DNA of 62,000 bases from Acanthaster planci. Lineage: Eukaryota. Numbering within the stretch: position 1 is the stretch's first letter; every line of letters begins with the position of its first letter. The notes beneath the pieces were generated by a model that worked only from the letters and a program-made list of their open reading frames with translations, was not told the DNA's origin and did no database searches. The stretch is taken from assembly GCF_001949145.1 (NCBI RefSeq), contig NW_019091404.1, positions 1,054,001 through 1,116,000 on the forward strand, read 5' to 3'. Below, one piece after another: positions 40,928-52,189 of the stretch. Made by a program: the position numbers and the translations under genes.

Positions 40928-42223
40928 CAGTTACTAGAGCACGCCGTAAAGAAAAGTATGGAAACAGATAATCCCAGACAGACATACCGTTTTTCCATGA
41001 AAAGAGATCTATGGGAAAAACGAGTTAGCTGCATGTGGGTGGCAGGCGATTCAGACTTTTTGTCCCATCACCAATTACTTTCACACTTACCACAGCAAAT
41101 ACAGTAAAATTATTTCTTAAATGCAAAACCATACTTGTATTTCAGACTCTCAGATTTTCAAACAAGTAATCCACTGCCGTGCATATATCATGGGAGATGG
41201 AAGTTTCTTGGTAATACATTTGTATACATCAGAAGGGGTAACACCCCTAAATATGTTTGAATGAAGTAATACTATTTCTAACCTGTCTTACAGACAATAT
41301 AAACTTTTTCTCGGATCAGCCGATTCCTTATTTTTCACTTCACACTTATGCCATTGACAATTGAAAAACCCCGTACACAGTCTTGTAAAGATTAGATTTT
41401 CATTGGCTTTTGTCAAAGTCCACGTTGCATGCCTGTATAACTCAACTGGTTCGGTGTAAAGTGTGAAGAGGTGGAGTGATTATTACAACTTAAAAGCATA
41501 CCTGGAATCCCTGGCAGGGAGTGGTTAAAATGAAGACATACGTCTGATGTCTAGACTTTCCCCTTTTCATGTTCCCTGTTAAAATTTTGTAATATGTTTA
41601 TAATAATTGTTTAAATAAAAAAATAAGTTGAAGTTGCATAAAGTGGCTTGAAATGAGTCTATTAAAATTAGACTCCAGTTTGGCCTGTTGCCTTAATTAC
41701 TATAGCATGTTGAAATTGTGTCTTTTATAAAAATTGTCCTCTTACCCTGGGTAATGTATTTGCCAAAAAAGGGCTTTGACAACTTTTTGAGACCATCAGA
41801 AGCCTATTTGTAGGTAACGATGGATGAGGGACACTTGACTGGCATTATGACTCACCTTGAGTCTGGCCGACTTGGGAGGACTTGTTCTGATGACAGGACA
41901 ACACCAGTGTCCTCACCTGTGCTGTACCAAACGGCATATCTTCGCACAAAGACAAAAGAAAGACATCCTCTGTATAGTAACAGTGGTTGGGCTCTGCCGC
42001 ATCCCATCCGCCAAGCCCACTAACCCACAGGTGTTGGATTTCAATAGCAGTGTTGTATTTGAGTCCACCACAAGTCCCTGTAAGCCCATCACAAGTCAGT
42101 CAGTCTTAAGCGAATTCTCAAGCTAATCCAATGAGCTGTGAGAAAAGCATTGTCATGGACTCGAATACAACACTCTTCAATAGACTTGGAGTAGCCGAGG
42201 TCAAGACCAATGCAAAGACTGAT

Positions 42224-42476
42224 TCACTTTATCAGTGGTTGGCGTTCATCATCCAACTCTCGTTCCGTCTTTGTCACGTTGTAAACGACGAATGTGGCTG
42301 AGCAGAGGGCTGCGGGAAAGGAGGCATCACTCGCGAAGACGACAATGGCCAGCTTGGTGTCTGCAGCCATGGTGATGAGGCCCATGACGGCTGACACCAC
42401 AACCTGAGCCAGGACGGTGACGCTGGTGAGACAGGCCACATCGGTGCCCAGACCACGCTGGGAGCGCCGGACATGT
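42224..42476 (-). CDS. SLC45A: Duplicated alternative terminal exon B of the SLC45 gene ([16 protein letters not shown]...DDERQPLIK*)
   Basis: Colinear paralog of exon 43909-43649 with the same TGACAG acceptor, many synonymous differences and an open frame to TGA at 42224. In frame only with the alternative donor at 44279/44278. Could alternatively be a pseudo-exon. Confidence 0.7.
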
Positions 42477-43648
42477 CTGTCAGGCCAAGACATGAAACAA
42501 AGCCAGCTGAGAATGTGATAATTTGCCTTGCAGAGTCCTTGTATCCTTCTTGCTAATTGCTGAGATTGGAATAATCAACTGCATGTATTTGAGATCAGCC
42601 AACTGATTGCATCCACAGTGTTTTGAAGATCGATCCTGGCATAAGCCCCTATCAACGCGGAAAATGCGGTAAGCACCTTGACATCGTGAATTAAAGTATT
42701 ATGAATGTTTTATCAGTGCAGTACTATAAGAATGAAAAATTTCGTGGGGCCACAGATGGAACGTTCCATTGCACGGGGCAGAAGACTATTACGTTGAACC
42801 AAAAATGTAAGAAAGATTCATTGCTAGGACCCTTGAAAACAAAGACCCTGTAAAATTAGACTGGTTAATAAACACATAAAGACAATCAGAAAAAAAGGAG
42901 CCGTGGGTCCGACTCTTTTCCATGATCTTTACATTTAATCTGAATACGAAGTTGTTACCGACGGTGAGACTGAAAGTGTACACCTGCAGAGTGGAAGGGA
43001 CATTGTTTTAAACCTGCCATTTACTTAATTGTGCTGTTGAAATTAAATACTTAAATCGGTGTGGATTTGATTTTGATAAGTAGAGTCATTTTGCCGCACA
43101 CAGTTTTAAATGATTTATTTTCTAACTCCTCATGGTTTGTTTGTCCATCACCAAATCCACTCTGTCTTGCAGCAGCAAATTCAGTAAAATAACATGCAGA
43201 ATTTCAGATCTTGAAAAATGTGCCTTTTACTCTAACCCATTTACCATAAACTGAGAGTTATCAAGTCGATCACAAATCTGGTTCCCCTAAACTGGATAAG
43301 CAATGGCATAATAGCTTGTGATTTGAGACTGGATGATTTGTGATTGACTCATGGCGGTATCCAAAAGTTGTGGCTGTGGCTAGAAATAATGGATGGATGC
43401 ACCTATGGAAGCCACTGCCTAGTGGCTGCAGCCACGCCCCATAGACATCTGTATTACTCTAAGCCGCAGCCAGCTGATTGGGAAATGGCCTTTAGCTAAC
43501 CAACACTGAATTCTCGACTGCCACATTTTAGTGAGACCATGTACTGCAAGCCCCAAAACAGAAATGGCAACAAAATTCCAGGTGGTCTTAAACTTTCGTT
43601 AATGACTGTTATTAGTAGTTCAGGCAATTGCAAATGCTTTATGCTGGT

Positions 43649-46600
43649 TTAGGTTATCAATGGTTGGTGTTCATTGGTTGAGCCTTGTTCCCGTTTCTTC
43701 AAGTCATACACGACGAATATGGCTGAGTTTAGTGCTGCGAGGAAGGCAAGACTGCTGGCAAAGGCAACAATTGCCAGCTTAGAGCCCACGGCCGAGATGA
43801 TGAATCCCAGGATGGCCGACACGACAATCTGAGCCAGGAAGTTGACACTGCTGAGACAGGCTACGTCGGTGCCCAGACCGCGCTGGGATCGCTGGCTGTC
43901 CCGCATGGTCTGTCAGACAAGATGTGAAAAAAAAAACCAAATAAGAATGCACTAACTTGCCTATCATCACAGTCTTCTTTGCATCCTAGATGTCAGCCAT
44001 CTTGTATGGTATGTCAAATAAGAAGTCAAAACCAGACAGAAAATGTGTTCATTTGCCCATCAAAAAGTTCTCTCTGAATCCTCCCTGTTAATCGGTGACT
44101 GTTGGAGTAGTGTAGCCAAGTATAATTAGCATCTCTGAAACAGACACCATTGCTTCCACTTCAGGATGATAGTTTATGTACACTGTATTAACCAGGTGCA
44201 AGAGGTCCTGCTCTTTACAATGCATCACCTCACTGACGATTTTCAGCATGTCCCAAGATTCCTTAAGTGGTTTCTTACACTACCTGGTAGTTCGCATGGT
44301 AGTCGGCCACGATACCGAACGGCAGTGTCGTAACGGTGGCAAACATAATCCCTGAGGTTGCGTTGAGGGCAAGGGTCACGTAGATGCTGTCGCTGGAGAT
44401 AGCCATGCAGCCGGTACCCACTCCAAATGCTGTCTGGCCCCAGACATAGGCAGTACGAGTTGAGATGTGGGCAGACAGCTTGTCAAGGATAACTAGAGAG
44501 AGAGCGACACTCATTACTCAAAAGTTTCAAACAGTTTTCCCAGAGATCAAGTCAAATACAGTCATTTGTGTTCCATTATTTGTTATCAAGTTCCCAGAGA
44601 CTGAAAAATGTTCAATATAAAGTAAAGTCAAATTCCTCTGGCCAAGCTTGTTGTAATGTAATAAATGGACAGGCTGCCAATCCATGTCAAGTTAATCCTA
44701 CCATGGACTGGACTTGAACACTGCAAGTTTAATACCTGCAGAGACGATGACGGATGCTGCAAAGATTACCATTCCCCAAGACCCCATCTTGATGCCAGCT
44801 TCAAACAGGTTGCGACTCTCTGATCCCACGGGAGCAGTGGGGTCACCTGAGCGAGAATAAATTACCATCCAAAAGTGGACTGTAGACATCAACAAACATT
44901 AACCCTAACAGTCCTCAATCCTTCACCTGTTGGAGGACTGAAGACTGTTAGGGTTAATGAAGCTTACAGAAAATTATGCTGTGACTGAAAGTTCAGGTTA
45001 CCGAGATCACAATGCAAATTGTTAAGCCCTTAAAATCAAGAAGGGGAGCACAATGATCAAAACCCCTCTGGTTGCTTCACTTCCCCCATAAACTCTGTTC
45101 AGAGGTTGTGCATTTGCTTGTGGTTGGGGAAAAAATAAATACCATTGATACAGTGGCATAATTGGGGTCCCCATAAAACACAGCACAAGAAATTGACATA
45201 ACACTCTACACAGTCTGCAGATACATTTAGGTTTATGGCACTTGTGTAAACTTGCCATCATAAACCAAGAGAATGCGGATATCTATTTCAGCTTTCTAAA
45301 GGTCTTGTTTCATGATGTGATAGAAACTACTTAATAATATCAAGAGCGATAAAATATCCCATTATGGTCAACTGAGGTTTTGTGACTGTATTCCAAGTCT
45401 CATTAAATGGAGCTATTCAGGTTGTTAGGGTTAGGGTGAAAGCACTTGTAGTTTAAAGTGAGTTACCATTCATGTACCTTTATAAACTACTTCTCCAATG
45501 TAGTCTGTGTAGAAGAGGAAGATGGCCAGCAAACCTGACCAGCCAAGGAAGTGATTCAGACAGAGCCATCTCAGCTCCCGGGGCATCTTCACCACGGAGA
45601 CCAAGAGCTTCGCCACGGAGACTTTCTCCTCCTTGGGTTGCTCATCCTTGTTCCCCAGGACCTGGGTTTGAGTGCTGGAGGAGGACTGCGAGGGATTGCT
45701 GGATGTAAGGCTGCTAGATCCAGAGCAGCTCACTGCATCCTTAGACACCAGCACACCATCTGGCAAGGGGCTCATTATGGCTGGATTTGAGTTGTCTGTT
45801 TGAATCAGTGAGTCGTAGCTCAGCTCCTTCCGGGGGCTTGGCTTTGGTACCCCACTTTCTAATCCCTGGTAGCTGCTCCCGGACTGCGACAGCTTGGATG
45901 TGCTACTGACCTCACGGGGAACCAGTGGTTTCTCCCTCACACTGAAGAGCGTCAGTGTGAAGCACACGGTGCAGATGACAAATGTGAAGACAAAGACGAC
46001 TCGAGATTGATTTCCAAGGATCTGCCCTAGTGCGTTGGATTCCCAATCAATGCTGTTGAAAATGTAGCCAATACCAGAACCGAGACCTAAGGAAAAATTA
46101 TAATTCCTAAAAGTTGACTTTTTGCCTGTAAGCTCAAACTTGCATGTGTATTTAATTTCGCAATTTGCATCTCCAATCTAAAAAGAAATCTTTGAAACTA
46201 ACCCTTGGAGGGTTTACTCACCCCCCAGGACAGCTCTGATGTTCAACCCCCTGTCTACATCTTGGAGATTGCAGACATCTATGATGTATGCCTTTGATGG
46301 GCTGTCACAGGAATCGGCGCAGAAATCAAGAATGACAACACCAGTGACAGTCAAAATCAATCCGATAGCATGGTCTATATGAAGAAACAAAAGAAATTTT
46401 CTTTTAAAATTCAAAACACGTGCTGAACAGCAGTCAATGAAGATTTCTCTTTGGTCCATAAACCAAACAAAGAAACTTGTTTATATCGAAGCTGGGATTC
46501 TGCTTGCTTATATCTTTTGCAATAAGTGCTACCTTTAATAAGAAGGGCTGAGGTTAGGAAGATATACAGTGGTCATTAAACTCACTGGTTGTAGTATCCC

Positions 46601-47129
46601 CGGTAAGTAGCCCAATATCTTCACCATTCAGAAACACGGTGAATCCCACGGCCATACCAATACAGAGGATGAGAATGAACGGCCGGCGCCTCCCCCAGGC
46701 ACAAGAACAGCGGTCACTGAGCGACCCCACCACTGGGTTGAGGAAAAACCCCAGGGTGGGGCTGACAATCCAGGTCAGACTGTACAGAGACTGGGGCAGG
46801 CCCATCTGAAGCAAGAGCGGGGTGACAAGTGCTGTCTCAACGGCATAGCAAAACTCGATCCCCAGGACCACCATGTTGAGTAGTACCAGCTGCCACAGCG
46901 GCCGTCTTGGGGGCTGGTCAGAGTCAACCGAATCTACAGCCGGAAGCTGAAGGATCTCGCCTGCATGGAGAATAGCGAGGTCAGGGATAGAGCAACGGCT
47001 CTGGATGGAATCGTTACGGATCCTGTGCCCAACTTGAGACGGTACATCAATGTAGGATGACTCAGACGAAATGCTGAGCGTCCTTGAGCGTGAGCAAGTT
47101 CTGGTCCTGCAAGGAAGCATATACATCAT
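43649..47129 (-). CDS. SLC45A: SLC45-family proton-associated sugar transporter / membrane-associated transporter protein-like (isoform with terminal exon A, ~628 aa)
   Basis: Exons 47129-46586, 46374-46222, 46086-45478, 44846-44736, 44492-44284, 43909-43649 join in frame. SLC45 signatures [83 protein letters not shown]. Start codon and exact paralog assignment (A1/A2/A4) uncertain. Minus-strand AATAAA at 43119-43114. Confidence 0.93.
44899..44957. repeat. Short TTAACCCTAA...TTAGGGTTAA palindromic element; related copies at 253-323 and 32519-32588
   Basis: TTAACCCTAACAGTCCTCAATCCT...AGGACTGAAGACTGTTAGGGTTAA; 253-323 aligns to the reverse complement of 32519-32588. Confidence 0.65.
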
Positions 47130-49109
47130 ACTGGCTACAGGACGGGGTAGCTTGAGTAACTCCAGCCCCAAATAATGCTTACTGGCAACACCAGGAAATT
47201 ATTGTTTCCCAATGTCACAAGCACTGTAGGGCTCAAGGATTCTCAAGCATTCAGAAGAATGACTTCTACTGACCATAAAACAAGATTTCAGACCAGTCTC
47301 ATAGGGGTATGTGCACATGCGGTGTCAACAGGTTAAGTGGTGCCCATAGGCCTGTATTCTGGAATTCTTGCTGATATGATGATACCACTAATTCTTCCCT
47401 GCAGTGACCTACAGTATTACCCACCCACAAGCAATAAAATGCCCCAACAAGTCAAATTTAGGTGCTTGCAAAACATTTTCTCACCAGTCCTATCAATGCT
47501 TGTAGGGTTTAACACACTCCAAATTCAAACAACCTTGCTCAGATGCTGCAGGATTTTTTTCAGTTCCACGGTCATGCCGGTGCCGTTGGAGTACATAGTA
47601 CAAGGACCAACTCACGAGCATGCTACAGACCTAAGAGACCACCAAAGTGAAGTCGTTCCTTACCTCATCTCGTCTGTTGAAATTTCAAGCACGCAGCAGC
47701 ACTGCACGAAAGCCAAGGTCGTCAGCTACGGGGATGGTTTCGCCACAAATGTGCCACAACAGCGCGGTGCAGACTTGTAACTTGCTCAACTGCAAGTTAC
47801 AAGTCTTGGCTGCCGTGTGCTGCTGTTATGTTTGCCGTGTGGGCTTTGATTTGGGTTTACAGGGGATTGTCGGTGTTGTCCCAAGACTTTGGTCAACAGA
47901 TATTACGCAACCAGTGAGCTAATTTTAATTGAATGGCGTACCGCTGTATGCATGCATGATCCAATTCAGCTGCCCAGTCAGGTGCATCCTGGGCATGGGA
48001 CATGGGAACACGCCGCTGCTACGTGGTGCACTCTCACAAGTCTGGGTCAGCCGTGTAACCTGAGACACGACTGGGCAGTTTTAGCCTCCAGGGCATCCAG
48101 ATCAGGGAATGACTTTAATCGGTTTTCCTGCAGTTGACGGGAGCAAACACCGCTATTCAGCATTATCATGAGTCACAACATACATGCACTTCATTGGTTA
48201 TTGGTCGTGAGTCATTCACTGCACCGTATTTATTATTTTACCGAGCGATCAGTCACGATGGCGCAGATATGTAGTAGATCAGGGAAGACCCTCTTCCTCA
48301 GGAAGTTTTTCTGTCAAAAAGGGTTATGGAAAAAACTTCAGAAATTGCATTATAAAACGGGAATGTTTCTAGATTTTGTACACCCCTGCCAACTTGAAGC
48401 CAACATCTTTTAGGCGCATGGTCAATTGACCACTGAGTAAAGTTCGTGTAAAAAAATGACAAGAAGTTCTATGCGGTAACTCCCATTTGAAGATGTTTTA
48501 TGTTATAATTTTGATCAATTGTAATTGTTCACGTTCTTGACCCCAACTTCCATCGAAAATTATGTCTTCCTCCTCCAGAAGTGACGGCCGTCCATCGGCT
48601 AAAGCATCTCGGCCCAGCGGTGACACGATTCTTGGTATCCATCTTGGTCTTGCGTCCGAGATCGTCGTGGATTCTTGGGAGTGAAACCGTCACCCTGTAA
48701 CCAACTTTGCAAGAAGACTTTTCACAGCTTTCGACAACGAGCAAACGTAAATTATTTTTCGTGCCGCAAGTCCTTCAATGACAAAAAATCGGAACGGCAA
48801 AGAAACATCAAATTGAATTCCAATGGTTGAGAATGGCTTTTTTCGTATTCATTTGGCGTCTTGCAATAGGGTTCCATCCATCAGACCAAATCACGACGGC
48901 AATAAATTGCTTCACCAAAAGTTGAATCTAAGAAGCTGAAATTCATAAGGCCAAACATTTGAAGTGGCAGAAAGAACTAAACACGTAAAAATGGATGGGG
49001 AAAGAATGGAAGAGTGAATTTTTCTAATACAAAAAGAAGCAAATTCTTACAACGCTCTGGGGTGTCAACGGAACAAATGAACAGTCACAACCAAATCTTA
49101 TTAGTCTTT

Positions 49110-52100
49110 TTTATTGACGGATTAATAAATATGGCATATTTCAGCATAATTATGAAACAAAAGGTACATTATCAGGTACTGACGAAAAGTATTAGTTTCA
49201 CTTTGGGTTATCTAATAAGCCTAAAACTATCCAAAAAAATACTAGTTCATTTTTGGCATTCATTTACTTACACAAACATTATTTGCATGAAGTCTGGTCA
49301 ACAGGCGTTAATACAGGTTTTAGTTTGCTTTTTTTCTTCTACAAACTTTAATTTGCCACCCTCCTTTTGGAAAACAAATGGACAAAGGTAAAGGCAAATG
49401 CTAAATATCTGGAGATATTCAACTAAATCTTGAGATACTAAGAGATACTGTTTTTAATACTAAATGCCCATCTTTGGTTGGAAAGGAAAACAATAATATG
49501 GGATTTAGAAAAGGTATTAAATATCTGTGATTTGACTGGCAAAGCCGGTACAAGGAAGTGACAATGTTTACCTTGTCAGAAGATTAATAATTGAATGCAA
49601 AATGACTTTTCCAATCAGCAGTTTTCAAAGTAGTACAGCTTGAACAAACAGGAGAAAACTAATGACTTGTGCAAAGGGAATCACACAAAAATAATACAAA
49701 TGTTTATAGGCGAATGATATATTCTTTGAGAAAATATAAGACCGAGCTTTAAGCACACATAATGTTTACTTTTTTAAAACCAAAATGTTGAATAAGTTGC
49801 ATATGAATATTTGACTGACACTATTTAAATGACAGGGGAAAATCTAACCTAAATATAACTTGTACAGAACAGAACGTAAGTCAATTCAACGATGAAATCA
49901 CACTACAAATCAAAACTGTACAACTGTCTACTTTTTCTGTTACGATGCTGAGCTATGTTCGCTTTCAGTGTCAATTATAACTGGGCTGTGTTCAGTTAGA
50001 CAATACTTTGTGTCTGTGTGTATAGCACTTACAGAACTAGCTAGTAAAAAGGGTATCCCAGTACTGGCTTACATATTGTACTCCTGAATGTGCAGCTGGT
50101 TGGGTGATGTGTGAGAACTTCATGGACTCATGCAATCATGAAGTCTCTCTGGTAGACACTTGCACAGAGTGAAAAAAACCTTGTCTTGCTAAATGAAGCA
50201 AAAGGTACCAGTCTATACCAACAGGAAAAAAACCAAACTAGCACAGCTAATTTTGCCTAACTTGTTTGGTATATAAATTGTTAACCACAGCTGCTGTGTG
50301 GATCCAACAAGCTTCTCCCATCACGTCTACTGTATAAATGCCCGAGTACACAGTCAAAGAGCTCTCTACTTTTTTCAGTAAAAAAAATAAAAGAATCCAC
50401 TCATAAACTGATCTACCAAAACAAAACAATCAACTTCAAAGTATTGCTTAATACACTGTACTTTAAATGACAAACGGCATGTATGTATTGCTCCAATGAT
50501 GCATCAAAGCTAAAGACAAATAACCAGCATGCAACAAGGTTTATGCATTCCCAATGCGATAAGGGTATAATTACATTAATTCTGCTTTTGTACTGTTCAA
50601 GCCATCTTTTTTCATATTTTCTAGGCACCAGTTCTTCATAGAATTCAGTTGCAAAAGTGTGAAAAATCACTTGCACGATCATGTGAGGGGTTGCTTTCTC
50701 TCACAACTGCCTAAGACTCTTACAAATTCGAGTCCAGATTACGTATCGCTTAACTTATTTTATTTTTAGAACCTAATGGAGAAATGGAAATTATCTGAAT
50801 ATCTGCAGCTTTCAACAAGGACATTTTCTAGTAGCAAAATTTACTGGTTTAGCATGCTAGCTTGCAACAATACCAGTCAAATAATCCTGAAATAAAAAAA
50901 AGAAACCTGAAACCTGAAGAAGCCCAAGTTGTAGCCCAATCAGGCTTTCTAGAATTCTCAATCAATTCCTCAACATATCAAACTTTACAGACCACCGTGA
51001 TGCATAAAATATATGATTTCTTAAAAATCTGTTAATTCTACATTGCATAGATTAGACAAAGCTAAGTCTAGGTCAATCTCAACTATGCAGTCTTCATTAT
51101 TCAAAGACCATGGCTATTCTAGAGTAACGACAGCACTTACACAGAAGACACAATCCTTCGCTGAAGTTTCAGAGTTCCAACTTCCTAACTGCTGGTGAAC
51201 TTAATATAACGCCGTCATTTAATGAGTGGAAAACATGAACACTGAGCTACTCAGTGTGTGAGAAATGATCAGCCCTTGCTAAAGATCAAACACGACAGAT
51301 ATTAAGTATGATTTGCGGTGTTGCGTGGTGTGGCACTGAGGTGGATAATGGGAGTATTCTTGACCTTACAAATTGTGTTCTCTTTTTGTCCCTGAAGCCA
51401 AGCAGAGTAAGCTATTGTCAAAGATACTCTTAGGCCATGTCCGAATCACTTGGCTACAACTGGAAATTACACATGACTTCATGGGAACTGGCGGCGGCCA
51501 AAGCCATAGACTCATGCGTAATTTCCAGCCGTAGACAAGTGATCCAGACTCGGTCCTTTTCAGGACCACACTTCTTCAAAGACATGCATGGTTGCACTGG
51601 AAAAACTATCATCTGCCTCATCAGACATTCACAACCTCTACTGGGCTGTGAGCCCGAGTAAATGCTAGTCACCAAAAGTCTAGGCTACGGCTGCTTAAAA
51701 CATGTGTGGCTATGGAAGTCTTGACCATGGCTGCTTACTGATCGTGTGGCTATGAAAGCCACTGGCTAACAGTTGAAACAGTGTCCCACAGCATGCTACT
51801 GGAGGCTACCGTCAAAGAGTTTTGGGCACAGAATGAGACACCTTGCTCCATGAGGGAGTTGACGAGTGTTAAGAATCGGGCATTTGAAAGTGCTAAGGTG
51901 ACAATAATGACTGCTTTCACAGCGCCCTCAGGACAAGATGGCCGTTTGTAAAAGCTTACCAGTCCTTGCATTTATCTTGATGCCTTATGACAAAAGTGCC
52001 CTCAGAGGGTTAGGAGCACAGCTATTATACAATGCAAAATGGAATTTTCAGGTAAAAAGTGTTTACATTTTTCCCAAAACTCTGAAATGTAGACCAGGTA

Positions 52101-52189
52101 AAGTGACGGGGTAAACAAACTATGAAAGTTGAACAATCGTTTTAAGAAAACTGGTGTTACTTGATCTCCATGGCAACATGTTTCTGTAT
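49110..52189 (-). other. Probable long (~3 kb) 3' UTR of the LPP-like gene
   Basis: AT-rich stretch with no credible ORF after the TAG at 52190; minus-strand AATAAA at 49115-49110. Confidence 0.45.
51433..51556. mobile_element. Hairpin MITE (GGCT...CTATGG/CCATAG...AGCC family; related copies ~2314-2395, 10744-10840, 43355-43490)
   Basis: TCACTTGGCTACAACTGGAAATTACACATGA vs TCATGCGTAATTTCCAGCCGTAGACAAGTGA; other copies share the GCAGCCAC..CCATAGAC..AGCCG(T/C)AGCCA core. Confidence 0.55.

Noticed and set aside
45425..45437. TTAGGGTTAGGG telomere-like motif (also in TTAACCCTAA elements)
   Set aside because: Only two units; matches the ends of a short palindromic repeat family, not an interstitial telomere.
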